Below the pieces are notes generated by a model. That model did not search any database. It was not told where the DNA came from and was given only the letters and a program-made list of their open reading frames with translations. DNA of 64,000 nucleotides from Phoronis australis (lineage: Eukaryota > Animalia > Phoronida), in contig NMRA01000029.1 in the NCBI GenBank assembly GCA_002633005.1, positions 1,280,691 to 1,344,690 of the forward strand. Direction: 5' to 3'. Positions 14,901-25,733 of the stretch are shown here, in pieces. Numbering within the stretch: position 1 is the first letter of the stretch; each line of letters begins with the position of its first letter. Made by a program: the position numbers and the translations under genes.

Positions 14901-17900
14901 TGTGTTTCCAAATGTTTCACCCTTGTGTTTTAGAACGCACCCACGTTCCTCTTTTTATATCCGATTAATCCACTTTTTCAATCCAGGTGTCCCAATTTTA
15001 TTCGTACATTTGACAAGTACGCGACACAAATATGGTGTTAACATCTGTCCTCGATTCCTTGAAAATCGGTAAATAAAGTGTAAGGCTTACTACTGCTGAT
15101 ATTCATCGAAGGCATTGTGAAAAACGTAGCCAAAAATTGGAAGAGAAAGTCTTGAATCAAGTTTGAAAGCTCACATTTTCCCATTCCATTATTTATAAAG
15201 TGACAACTACGTGGCAAACAATAAACTCTTGACAGACGAGATCGCATAATCAACTATGAATAAAAACGAAGTCGCATGACGCATCACGCATAAAATGCTG
15301 GTGAGGTGTTGAACACTGAACGGGGACAAGTAAAAATATGGTCACAGGGGCGCTCTGGGATGAAGCACAAGGTAAACATTTGAAAAACGTTCGACTTCAA
15401 GGAAGTGAAAGAAGTTTCAAAGTTTATAAACAAAAATATGAGAATTACATTAGAAATTGCTCTGTTTCACTCGGTAAAAACAAAAGTTCGAATTACGTCT
15501 CAAAAATCGGCTCATATATCCGCTCTACTCTATCCTGTTACAGACAAGAGAGTGTGTATAATTATGTGACATTTTCTTATTGGTAACAATATAAAATCCT
15601 TTCACAGCAAGTAACAGTAAGAAATACTATGTCATCTGCTTACGACTGCTAATATTTGTTTATAGGCAACTAAACATGGCACAATGGAGTTAAAAATTCA
15701 AGTTATAAGATGGTTATGACCGTTTTGTGAAATTTGGGCTGAGAGATAGGAGCCTAGTCAAGCTTATGACGATGGCATAATACACTGTGTAATTGCAATA
15801 ATCACGCCAGCCAAATTAAGCAAAGAGGGATGTGTGCACATATAGGTTTTTGTGACTTTCGAGGGTAACGTTGTTAATTTAATGAAAAAAGAATGATGTT
15901 CAAAATATTAAAATTTGCCAGATTGTATCAAGTGTTGGAAATTTTCCAAAAAAAGTTTGCTTGATGCTGTACATGTAGATTTGAATGTAAAGCTATGTAT
16001 GAATATCTCGACGTATGATCTTAGTGACGTCATTGAGAGGGAGATAATTACCCAAACTAAAACATACTTCTGAAAATGATTTGAGAACTTCTGATTTCAT
16101 ATGGCACAGTCACGCAAACGTCTGTCAGTCGTGGTGATTTAGACTGTGCTCGAATACATTATAATTTATGCTTACGAGTTTCTAGTTCAAGTTCGCACTT
16201 GAAGAACCTTATATTCGTGCTACAAACTCGAGTAAAAACTAGAAATTTCGAGTTCAAACTGGAACTTTTAGCCTTAATCTTAGGTTCACCAACTGCAAAC
16301 TAGGACTAATAAATTATCCACGTAAGTCATTATGTACTCGAGCAATTATCTTGAGTTCGCACAAAAGCAGAGTAGAAAATGCCAAACATAAATTCGAGAT
16401 CCATTTCGAGTAAAAAGGTTAAAGAACGGGTCCTGGGCAAAATTGGAACTTAAAACCCATCACTTATACTGGCCATTCTTTACACGACCTGGCTGGATGC
16501 GAGGTATAGTCTGGCCTCTGATACCTTTTTAGCTCTACTCTTTGGAACACTTTTGACAGCATATAAACTGTATTTTTAAATGTTGGGGTTTTTTCAGGAA
16601 TCATAAGAATGCTACAGTGCTCTAAAAGAAAAATGACAATTGCTTTCGCAGTCTTCATTTATACAGGCGGATTTACTTAACTCTTGTAATCATTTTTGCA
16701 GCTTCTTTGGGTGAGAGTGCTTGCACAATGTTTTTATCTATCAATTTATTTCCGTAATAAAGGTCATAGGCAAACAAAAGAACAACATGTAACATACTTA
16801 AGAGTGCAGCAAGCTACTACGGAAAGCGCAAAATACATGCACATATTTACATAGATTGACTCGTATAGTACCATCACTTGTTGACATCAATATATTGAAC
16901 TCGGGATATCTATCACAGCTTAGAATTAAATGATACTTGTCTTCGGTAACATTGAGGCATAATGGACACACTCTGTTTGCCCTGGGTATACTCAAACTTG
17001 CCAACCGACAAAATATTTGGCTTTTTCACACACGTTGAAAGTATCATATTATCAAATTCTATTGTGATTTTTCACGCGACATAGCCACTAAAAAGAAATG
17101 AAAAGGCTTGACTAACACATCAAAAACGATAACAAGACTTCGAAAGAGTTCTATCTAAGTCTTTCTAATTTCTTTTGAAAACTTCTCCACTCTGTGCACA
17201 TTCGCACAGCCTGCTTCCTACAAATAACTCAAACGTTCTTAAAAACCATGTGTGCAGCCAGCCTAAAAATGGGGGGGCTCGAATTTTTGAGATTGTCGAC
17301 CTTACGGGGTACGCGCAGAGATGTGAATTGTGCATTCGTTTGTAGTGGACTTTTATTCTCTACGTTTTCGGACTTTTTGTTTCTCCGAGGCGTACCTTTT
17401 TGCTAAATAGGGGGGAAGGGGCTCCTTCGAGTCCCCAGAGCCCCTCCACTGGGTTCCCTCATGAAAATACTAGTAGTGGAATTCCGTGAAAAAATGATCG
17501 ACATTGTTATAGTTATGGAAGTATCAGATACATTGCCTTTGCATAATTCATAAATGGTGGTCTGCATGTGCGCATCCAAGCGGGGCTCGAGGGGCGAACG
17601 AAGTGGGCAAAAAGATCCGCCTCAGAGAAACAAAAAGTCCGAAAAACTGGAAAACGAGAAAAAAGTTCACTAATAAGGCTGGAGTTACCAAAATTTGACG
17701 AATTCACAATTCATAGCTCTGAACGTACCCTGCTCCACGTTCTCAAAAATTCGAGCACCCATTTTAGGCTGGGTGCATGCATGGTCTGCAAGGTCTTCAA
17801 ACTTCCATCCTTCCGATGGCAGTCTGTTGTGCTGGCTTCATGCACATCGTTAAAAATCTAATCAGGAAGAATGACATCTACTTCCACCTTCGGGAGCCCC

Positions 17901-20900
17901 TCCAAGATGTGACCTTCCTTACCATACATTAGAGACTACGATTTCACAAAAACAGGAACAGAAACAATCGATTTCCACAACTGGGGTCCCTTGTCCTTGA
18001 TCGACACCTTGAGAATAATGCATCGAAATGTAAAACAGCTAAAGGTGGATGCCATCAACTGGTACGTTAAATATGAAACGATCTGTAATTTGAAACATAA
18101 AGCAGAAAATCCCTGAAAGAGCGATCCTAAATTGTCTTCTATTTAAAGATATCGTGGTCCATTTTAGGACAACAGTGAGTCCTTTTAGATACAAATCCCA
18201 GAATCACCTAAGATACCCTGTCACGTTTTTCCCCATGTGTGATTGGATGCAGGTTGTTACAGACCGGTGCTAATAGCTTTCGGTGCGACGATAGACTGAA
18301 GATTGGCTCCAGTTAATCCCGTATTAATTTCCACCGTACGTTCACAAGCTTACTCAAACAAAACGTCCACCTAATGTCTGTTCTACGCTCCAGCCAGGGT
18401 TGCAAAACCACACGCTCTGTCTCAATCTTCGGTAGTGCCACTGCTTGCAGGTATCTGGTGACAAAATCTACCACCCTGAGAATGTATTAGTTTCCATTGT
18501 CGGAAACTGGAGCTATAGGGCCAATCGGATCGATTGCAGTCCTCTTGAGAGGCTCCTCCATAAAAGGCCTTTCTCCCAAGGGTACCTTGGTCACTCGACC
18601 TTTCGGGATTGTCTTCTTGCAGATGCCGCATGATCTGCAGAACGGGTCACTTCTGATGCCACTCCTGGCCAGTAGAAATTGCTGGTGATACGGCCAGTTG
18701 TGTTTCTAACACCGAGGTATCCACCGAGTATGGACTCATGGGCAACTCTTATCAAGGACTTCCGTAAACTGTTCGGCACGACAATATGTTTCACCTCGTC
18801 ACCGTCTTTTTTCTTGAACAACCTCCATCACGTATGACCCCTTGTTTTTGGTCTGTCGCTGAACTTTGGCTTCAGCTGCCTCCCACAACTTTTTCATTGA
18901 CGAATCTTCATGCTGGGCGTCTTTGAACTGTGTTAGTTCCACCTCTTTTATGGTCGGAGATACAGCTAACGGCTTGATATCCGCTTTTTGTCGCTCTGCC
19001 TGAGCTCTGGTAGTCACTGCTACAGCTTCCCCGCTGGATTCATCAGGATCCGTTCCTACCGACACGTCGGCCACCTCCTCTCCCTCTAGAGTTGAGGTCA
19101 CTGGGTTCTTTCTCTTGGGAAGTAGTACCCTTGTGAGAGTTATCCTTCTAGAATATTCCACACTATTCTGTAGTAAACAAACTACGTCATCACTGTGCTG
19201 ACCTCAGCAGTTATGCCAATCAATAACACGAACACAACAATAGAACAAAATAATAAAACTACGAACAGTGCCAATCCACTCCTGACATGCCCCTGACATC
19301 CCAGTCAAGCATAAATCGTGAATAATGCACATTTTTGTACATGGAAATTCAGTTTCTCGCCATTGGCTATCATGTTGCCGCATTAGGTTGATATCGATTT
19401 GTTTAGTGAAGGTATGAATATAATATGTTGGCAATGTGTTATTACATACCTCAAGTTTTAGATTGCATACTCCTTTCCAAACAGGTGATCGCTGAAAGCA
19501 TAGATTGACGTCTTTTGAGGTTGACAAATGACATACATGTATCACTGAATGCCTAAGGTATACTATACGTTGAACATTTNNNNNNNNNNNNNNNNNNNNN
19601 NNNNNNNNNNNNNNNNNNNNNNNNNNNNNNNNNNNNNNNNNNNNNNNNNNNNNNNNNNNNNNNNNNNNNNNNNNNNNNNNNNNNNNNNNNNNNNNNNNNN
19701 NNNNNNNNNNNNNNNNNNNNNNNNNNNNNNNNNNNNNNNNNNNNNNNNNNNNNNNNNNNNNNNNNNNNNNNNNNNNNNNNNNNNNNNGGTGGTAAATCGG
19801 AATCGTGTTTCAAGACATCTGTGTAACAATCTACAGGCACCACTAAACAATGCCCAGTGAATAATAAATCAATAGCTTTCATTCAAGGAAAAATATGAAC
19901 AGTTAAAACTGGACAGTTTTTATACCGTGAAAACATGGCTGCGAAGCCGTAAAATCTGTTTGAGCCTATAACTTTAGAAAAACGCAATATTTTGAGAAAA
20001 TATTTTACCGCTGTTTATAGATCCCATAGGACTACCTATGTGCCAAATTCGGTGAAAATCGGCTGACCCCCACCTTGCCGCTCATGGCTGGTGCTCTCGT
20101 GGACTAGTACTTAGTTTCCATTGTCGGAAACTGGAGCTATAGGGCCAATCGGATCGATCGCAATCCTCTTGAGAGGCTCCTCCATAAAAGGCCTTTCTCC
20201 CAAGGGTACCTTGGTCACTCGACCTTTCGGGATTGTCTTCTTGCAGATGCCGCATGATCTGCAGAACGGGTCACTTCTGATGCCACTCCTGGCCAGTAGA
20301 AATTGCTGGTGATACGGCCAGTTGTGTTTCTAACACCGAGGTATCCACCGAGTATGGACTCATGGGCAACTCTTATCAAGCACTTCCGTAAACTGTTCGG
20401 CACGACAATATGTTTCACCTCGTCACCGTCTTTTTTCTTGAACAACCTCCATCACGTATGACCCCTTGTTTTTGGTCTGTCGCTGAACTTTGGCTTCAGC
20501 TTCCTCCCACAACTTTTTCATTGACGAATCTTCATGCTGGGCGTCTTTGAACTGTGTTAGTTCCACCTCTTGTATGGTCGGAGATACAGCTAACGGCTTG
20601 ATGTCCGCTTTTTGTCGCTCTACCTGAGCTCTGGTAGTCACTGCTACAGCTTCCCTGCTGCATTCATCGGGATCCGTTCCTACCGACACGTCGGCCACCT
20701 CCTCTCCCTCTAGAGTTGAGGTCACTGGGTTCTTCTCTTGGGAAGTAGTACCCTTGTGAGAGTTATCCTTCTAGAATATTCCACACTATTCTGTAGTAAA
20801 TAAACTACATCATCACTGTGCTGACCTCAGCAGTCATGCCAATCAATAACACGAACACAACAATAGAACAAAATAATAAAACTACGAACAGTGCCAATCC

Positions 20901-23900
20901 ACTCCTGACATGCCCCTGACATCCCAGTCAAGCATAAATCGTGAAAAATGCACATTTTTGTACATGGAAATTCAGTTTCTCGCCATTGGCTATCATGTTG
21001 CCGCATTAGGTTGATATCGATTTGTTTAGTGAAGGTATGAATATAATATGTTGGCAATGTGTTATTACATACCTCAAGTTTTAGATTGCATACTCCTTTC
21101 CAAACAGGTGATCGCTGAAAGCATAGATTGACGTCTTTTGAGGTTGACAAATGACATACATGTATCACTGAATGCCTAAGGTATACTATACGTTGAACAT
21201 TTGAAATTTTGATATACACAACTTTCCATTTGCACTGTGTCTGTTTCACATTGTATGATTGTGAGACGTGTGGCTTCAATGGCGACGTTGTTCTTCTCCG
21301 AAGATGCAGCTGTTCATAGCCTTGCTTGAACCTTTTGGCATTATAGATCTCGATACTATCAAGGAACTCAAATTCACAAGTCGGACATCATCGTCACTCT
21401 CTGTATCATGGGGTCACGCTGACGGAATGAAAGAGGGATACAATGTCACTTGTGATTCAATACAAGGCGATACGACGTCCACTCAATTTTTATTGACTAC
21501 TGCACTGAGTGCGGAGTTTACCAATCTGCCTCCAGCTACAGAGCACGTAGTTACTGTGGCAACTATGCTTAAAGGCTGGACTGAAGTGTTCAAATCTGTG
21601 ACTGCAAAAACCCGTATGTGTACGTGATGCTCTATATTCTATCTTTCACGTCCTACACAGAATGTGCAAACGGTAGGGTCTTTATTCAATAGAAGTTGTT
21701 CTACACAAATACATTGTTGTTGTTACTGAATGTTAATTAATCTTCAAAACCTTGAACCTTTGCTTGTAAGAATGTTCCATAAGTGCAAATGCGGAACGAG
21801 CAGTGATGTTCGAAGATAGCATCAAATGTATAGGCCATGAACACCATTCCCTCCAGAAATTTTTAACGTCATCACGCCTGGTCTCTTACAGTGGTCACAC
21901 TCCCGATGGCAAGGACAACTTCATCAATGTCTACCGTCGCTGAGGAGCCTACTTCGAAAAGAGCTGTCCAAAACTCGTCTATGTGCCAAAAACATAAGGG
22001 CATTCGACTGTGCCCCAGCGTCGAAGTGATTTGCGTGAGAAACTGTATGAACACGCGTAGGGAATTCATACGGGAAGACCGCACAACGCAACTAGTGGCA
22101 TCTTGTAACAATTGCGTTCATTATAAGATTATATCATATGACTGGCAGGTTAGTTTTGGTCGTGCTAAAGCCAGCCCATTCAACACCCTGAATCTAAACG
22201 ATGGGGAAAGAAGTAACCCTGTCCTTGAACTAATGCCCGGAATCCTGAAGTCTGACTACGTGTATACATTTTCGGTAAATGTTCTGGTTGGAGACATAAA
22301 AGTTTCAAATTACTACTCTGCAGTAGCCAGGAACGCGAAACTCATGGCAGGAGAATGTATCATAAAGCCAGGAAAAGGCAATGAGATCTTCATAGACTTT
22401 GTTATAACTTGTACACGTTTCAAATCTAACTCTGATGGAGAATCGGAGCTTCAGTACATTTTTTATTCCGCCAATGACCTAACTAATGACGACCAAGTGA
22501 TGTTTATAGGAGAATCGAGAAAACCGAGTTTTAGTGGGAAGTTCCCATTCACAGCAGGGACTCGGAACTACGTCAGAGTTGTTGCGAAGGACTCTCATGG
22601 TAGCCGAGTCGTTAAAGACACTGACTTCCCCCTCCCTAAAATCAAGAATGAATTTGATTTCGCAAAATTTTTGGTAGACCTGATTAAACCTAATGGAAAC
22701 TCTTTGAAAAAACTGGAAAAACTTCTCTCAGCCGGTAATGTAACAGAAGTTGCGCAAGTAATCGACTACAGTAGCTGGTTTTTGAACTTAGATTCACATC
22801 TGATTAGTGAATTTGAGCGAAACAGAATTCGCGATTACCTCATTGAGACGCTGGACAAACTACCAGTTTCCACCCTTCCGAGAGAACATGCTACATCGGC
22901 TCTTTGGAAATTAACATCTGCCTCGCAAATTTCCAAGGATTCAGGTGCGACAGCGGCCAAAGTGTTAAATAAACTAGTTAGTTCTTTCAAGAAAACGAAA
23001 GCCGTTGATGTTGAGAGAGAAGAATCAGAATACAAATCCAGGGATTTCCTTCAGATTGCAGGTAACATAGTAGAAGGGGCTCAGAGAGCGTTACGTGTCG
23101 TCGGAAATAAACATATCGACGCTCAAGATAGCAGGAAATTTGCTAAAGCAATGTTAAAAGCAGTAGACAACATTGCGACCACTTTTCTCAAGGAAAAAAT
23201 GCCCGGGGAGACACCAACCCGGGTGGTTACACAGTGTGTTGGAATACACATGGATTTGAAAAAAGCTGCTTATATTGGAAATAATGTGAGCTTCGATAGC
23301 GGAACACTGCAAATAGCCGGCGGCAATGCAATGATCATCGAGCAGTATGGTGGGGAGTTCGAAGTGGCGACAAAGTCAGTGTGGTTCCGGGAAAACCCGT
23401 TCACGTTGCCTTCGACGTCTAGCAATTTGACTACTGGCATCTTATCCGTGCAATACATTAGCGCCTCAAGCATGACTGAATTACACTTGAAATCAAGAAA
23501 CAAAAACGACTCTCTCATCGAATATGAACACGATTTACACGTGGAAGAGAACAGTGCAATGTCACGTATTAATTATTCCATTCGGGCGGCCTGCAAGAAA
23601 CTCAGCGAGAGAAATCCATGGGAAATAATCAAAACAAGACTGAAGATTGAAAGAGGGGGTATTATTCGATTACGTTTTCTTAATGTAAAAGAGATAAGCT
23701 TTAACGTCCACATTGTTGCAAAACAAGATGATGAATTTGAAATTGTGAACAAGACTCTAAAGAAAAGCGACAACTTTACCGTTTCAATATTCAGCAAGAA
23801 CATCAGTCATGCTAAACATGATGATAACGACGAATACGAATCATTCTCATTGCAAATACTCCCAATTTATGACAACTCCGATTCTCGATGCCAAGAAATA

Positions 23901-25610
23901 AAAGATGTAACGACTGTTGGTGCCAGCGATCAAATGGTTTCGATTGACGTTGAAGTATGGTCGCTCACTTGCCTATACTGGGACGACAGAATCGACGATT
24001 GGAGCAGTGATGGGTGCAAGCCTTCCCAAAAAACTACAACCAAAACGTTAATCTGTGTCTGCAATCACCTAACTGTATTTTCAGGGCGTCTCTTAAGAAT
24101 GCCCAACGTGCTGTATTTTGAAAAGACATTGGCGCTCTTTACCACAATAGATAAAAATCCAGTGACGCTTATAGTAGTGTGCTTTGTTTGGGCTATGTAC
24201 CTCTTGACTGTACCTTTTGCAAGGTATTTAGACAAAAAATGCGAGAAAATAGTTTTCGTTTCTTTCCTTGAAGATAATGAACCATCTGACACTTATGCTT
24301 ATTTGGTAATTCTGCTCACAGGTTGGCAAAAGGAATCTCAAACCACTGCTAATGTTTACATTACGCTAGTTGGGCATAGAGGTGTCGGTATGGCGCATCA
24401 TTTGACAAGAAACGGAAGCCAATTTATCCCCCGTGGAACGGAAAGCGCCTATATACTCATGAACAGCAAACCACTCGGATCTTTGATAAAAGTTCGCATC
24501 TGGCATGACAACAGTGGCAACTCGCCGATGTGGTATTTGCACCAGATCTTTGTAAAGGATCTCCAGACGAGGGAGGTGTGGTACTTCCTCTGCAACAACT
24601 GGCTGGCATCCGACAGAGGTGATGCTGCAACGATGCGTGAACTTTCTGTGGCAACAGACGAGGAGATGACGCGATTCAAGAATATTTATCCTGTGCACAT
24701 GAGACGCGGAATTCACGATGATCATCTGTGGTACAGCGTTTTCAGTAGACCGCCAGAAAGTCACTTCACTAGCGTGCAACGGTTGTCTTGCGCATTTATG
24801 CTTATGTTTACTACCATGGCGGCAGACATAATTTTCTTTCAGTTGCCCAGCGAGTTAGTTGAAGACGCCAACGACATCTCATGGCAGGAGCTTTTGACCA
24901 AATGGTGGCTCGTGTTGCTTGGTTTCAACACAAATGTTGTAGTACTGCCCGTGGACATTGCCATGATCTCAATGTTTCGGTGCATCAAACCAAGGCATAG
25001 TAGCATTCGTTTCCTCGAAATACCTTACAATAATGACACTACAGAGTTTGTGGACGACCTGACGACAAGTGAAAACGTGAGTGAAAACCGAACGCTGGCT
25101 GAGACATCCGTGATATCAGACTTCAGTTCTTCGAGCGCGAGAACGACTGACGTCAATGTAAATTTAAATAATAATCCAGATACCACCACAGGATGTGACG
25201 ATGGAATTGACCACACCAGTCACGAATCTTCTAATAGAGTAGACACACCGACAAACTCCACGGATGTAACAAGTGGGAACAGAAATGTTCAGTGGAAAAT
25301 GACAGAGCCCCAAATACATCAAGGACCTGGGACAATAGCGCGAGAGAAATGCTTAAACTGTGGTTTACCATGGTGGACGATCTTTATTGCATGGGGCTTG
25401 CTTTGCACAATATGTGTTGCGTCTACTTTCTTTACAATTCTATACGGGCTTCAGTACGGCTATAGAATAAGCTTAGAGTGGCTAACAGCGTTTATTTTAG
25501 GTCTCTTCTTCAGTGTATTTTGCATAGAACCGATGAAAACATTTTTGGTTATTCTGGGGATGACACTGTTGTTTAGGAAGCCAGTGGCTTTCTCCAATCG
25601 ATCACTCTAA
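2687..25610 (+). CDS. Gene A: spliced polycystin-1/REJ-like receptor (FN3 x5 - REJ - GAIN/GPS - TM1 - PLAT - TM2-5); 5' end probably upstream of the window
   Basis: Exons 2687-2962, 8492-8764, 9539-9814, 14388-14663, 21347-21613 and 21892-25610 have AG acceptors, GT donors on the internal exons and phase-1 introns, so they join in frame. No start or signal-peptide exon was found. Confidence 0.8.
4443..7918 (-). mobile_element. TTAA-flanked DNA transposon with decayed transposase, Sola3-like
   Basis: TTAA|GAGtgactccatataaaaacca at the left end and tggtttttatatggactgcCTC|TTAA at the right end form imperfect TIRs with a TTAA TSD and GAG..CTC termini. The internal minus-strand remnant FSESQNGKDLCDRKIAPLKQHAKYFVAEGNNI has stops and frameshifts. 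Confidence 0.7.
8492..8764 (+). CDS. Gene A FN3 exon (91 codons, phase 1-1)
   Basis: ttccag|AATTG...ACAA|gtacta; TSLVVSWKP..YTLNC...CRRLTPGTWYTV. Confidence 0.88.
9539..9814 (+). CDS. Gene A FN3 exon (92 codons, phase 1-1)
   Basis: ttctag|AGTTG...ACAA|gtacta; TSLVVSWKPP..YTIKC...CRQLIPGTWYTV. Confidence 0.88.
11482..12309 (-). mobile_element. LINE ORF2 apurinic-endonuclease fragment (CR1/L2-like)
   Basis: The ORF at 11800-12309 has GDFN, LDLCITN and SDHH motifs followed by IWNYNLIN..LR....FNW. The downstream part is broken. Confidence 0.85.
12422..12683 (+). pseudogene. FN3 pseudo-exon paralogous to the gene A FN3 exons
   Basis: Reads VSKMFVSQKTSTLLVVF*EPEQGKRASYTISC, with the conserved Trp now TGA. 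After frameshifts it reads CQTLTPTSWCAVT. The AG/GT sites at homologous positions are degraded. Confidence 0.8.
13488..13622. repeat. Short MITE-like element with inverted ends
   Basis: Starts catgggcggcgcac and ends gtgccgcccatg, with an internal duplication of cccactttttagtgc. Confidence 0.55.
14388..14663 (+). CDS. Gene A FN3 exon (92 codons, phase 1-1)
   Basis: Strong polypyrimidine tract, ttctag|GGTTG...ACAG|gtagtt; TSLTVAWTP..YTVSC...CQKLTPGTLFTV. Confidence 0.9.
16798..17004 (-). mobile_element. 3'-terminal LINE fragment (C-terminal CCHC-like motif)
   Basis: RVCPLCLNVTEDKYHLILSCDRY matches the C-x2-C...ED-x-x-H...C tail common at the end of non-LTR ORF2. Confidence 0.65.
17250..17790. 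repeat. Two inverted copies of a roughly 200-bp dispersed repeat; related copy at about 49735-49995
   Basis: Shared words gggggggctcgaattt, gtggacttt and ctc(c/t)gaggcg..ccttt run forward at 17271-17460 and 49763-49990 and reverse-complemented at 17570-17790. Confidence 0.6.
18420..19130 (-). mobile_element. Gypsy (Gmr1-like) pol remnant: post-protease linker and integrase zinc-binding region
   Basis: AVTTRAQ...FKDAQHEDSSMKKLW, then IVVPNSLRKSLIRVAHESILGGYLGVRNTTGRITSNFYWPGV and, after a frameshift, CGIC (H2C2-like). Confidence 0.85.
19580..19787. other. Assembly gap (N run)
   Basis: Run of n characters. Confidence 0.99.
20111..21202. repeat. Near-identical second copy of 18487-19579, including the Gypsy remnant
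   Basis: Direct repeat at an offset of about 1624 bp with scattered substitutions. The first copy ends exactly at the N gap. Confidence 0.92.
21347..21613 (+). CDS. Gene A FN3 exon (89 codons, phase 1-1), divergent membrane-proximal type
   Basis: ttatag|ATCTC...ACCC|gtatgt; SSLSVSWGH...YNVTC...FTNLPPATEHVVTV. Confidence 0.88.
21892..25610 (+). CDS. Gene A terminal exon: S/T linker, REJ, GAIN/GPS, TM1, PLAT/LH2, TM2-TM5
   Basis: ttacag|TG phase-1 acceptor and a 1239-codon ORF. Motifs: REJ-like GECIIKP..G...F.ITC; GPS CLYWD....WSSDGC...CVCNHLTVF; PLAT Y.V.LLTG...TTANVYITLVG...VRIWHDNSG.SP.WYL...WYFLCNNWL; DHLWYSVF.RP..S.FT.VQRLSC; LPWW..IAW and EPMK. Confidence 0.95.
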
Positions 25611-25614
25611 TAAA
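25609..25614 (+). promoter_or_regulatory. Candidate polyadenylation signal overlapping the gene A stop codon
   Basis: ctctAATAAA, with further AATAAA near 25770 and 25780. Confidence 0.35.
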
Positions 25615-25733
25615 TCATGCTACAGTGCTTGCAAAAAATTTATTTTATGTTAAAAGGAAACGTATATGCAATAATTATTAAAGCTGCCATCGTTTCGCCC
25701 TGAGTACATGGCTTAAAACGACAGTCAAATTAA

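Noticed and set aside
19549-19882. ORFs spanning the N run
   Set aside because: Artefacts of translating Ns.
21857-21891. Alternative upstream acceptor (ccctccag) for the gene A terminal exon
   Set aside because: Phase-1 use puts it out of frame with the long ORF, and the long ORF's frame has a TAA before 21891.
22835-25216. Short antisense ORFs inside the gene A terminal exon, and likewise + strand ORFs within 41508-43959
   Set aside because: Shadow ORFs of the real coding strand.
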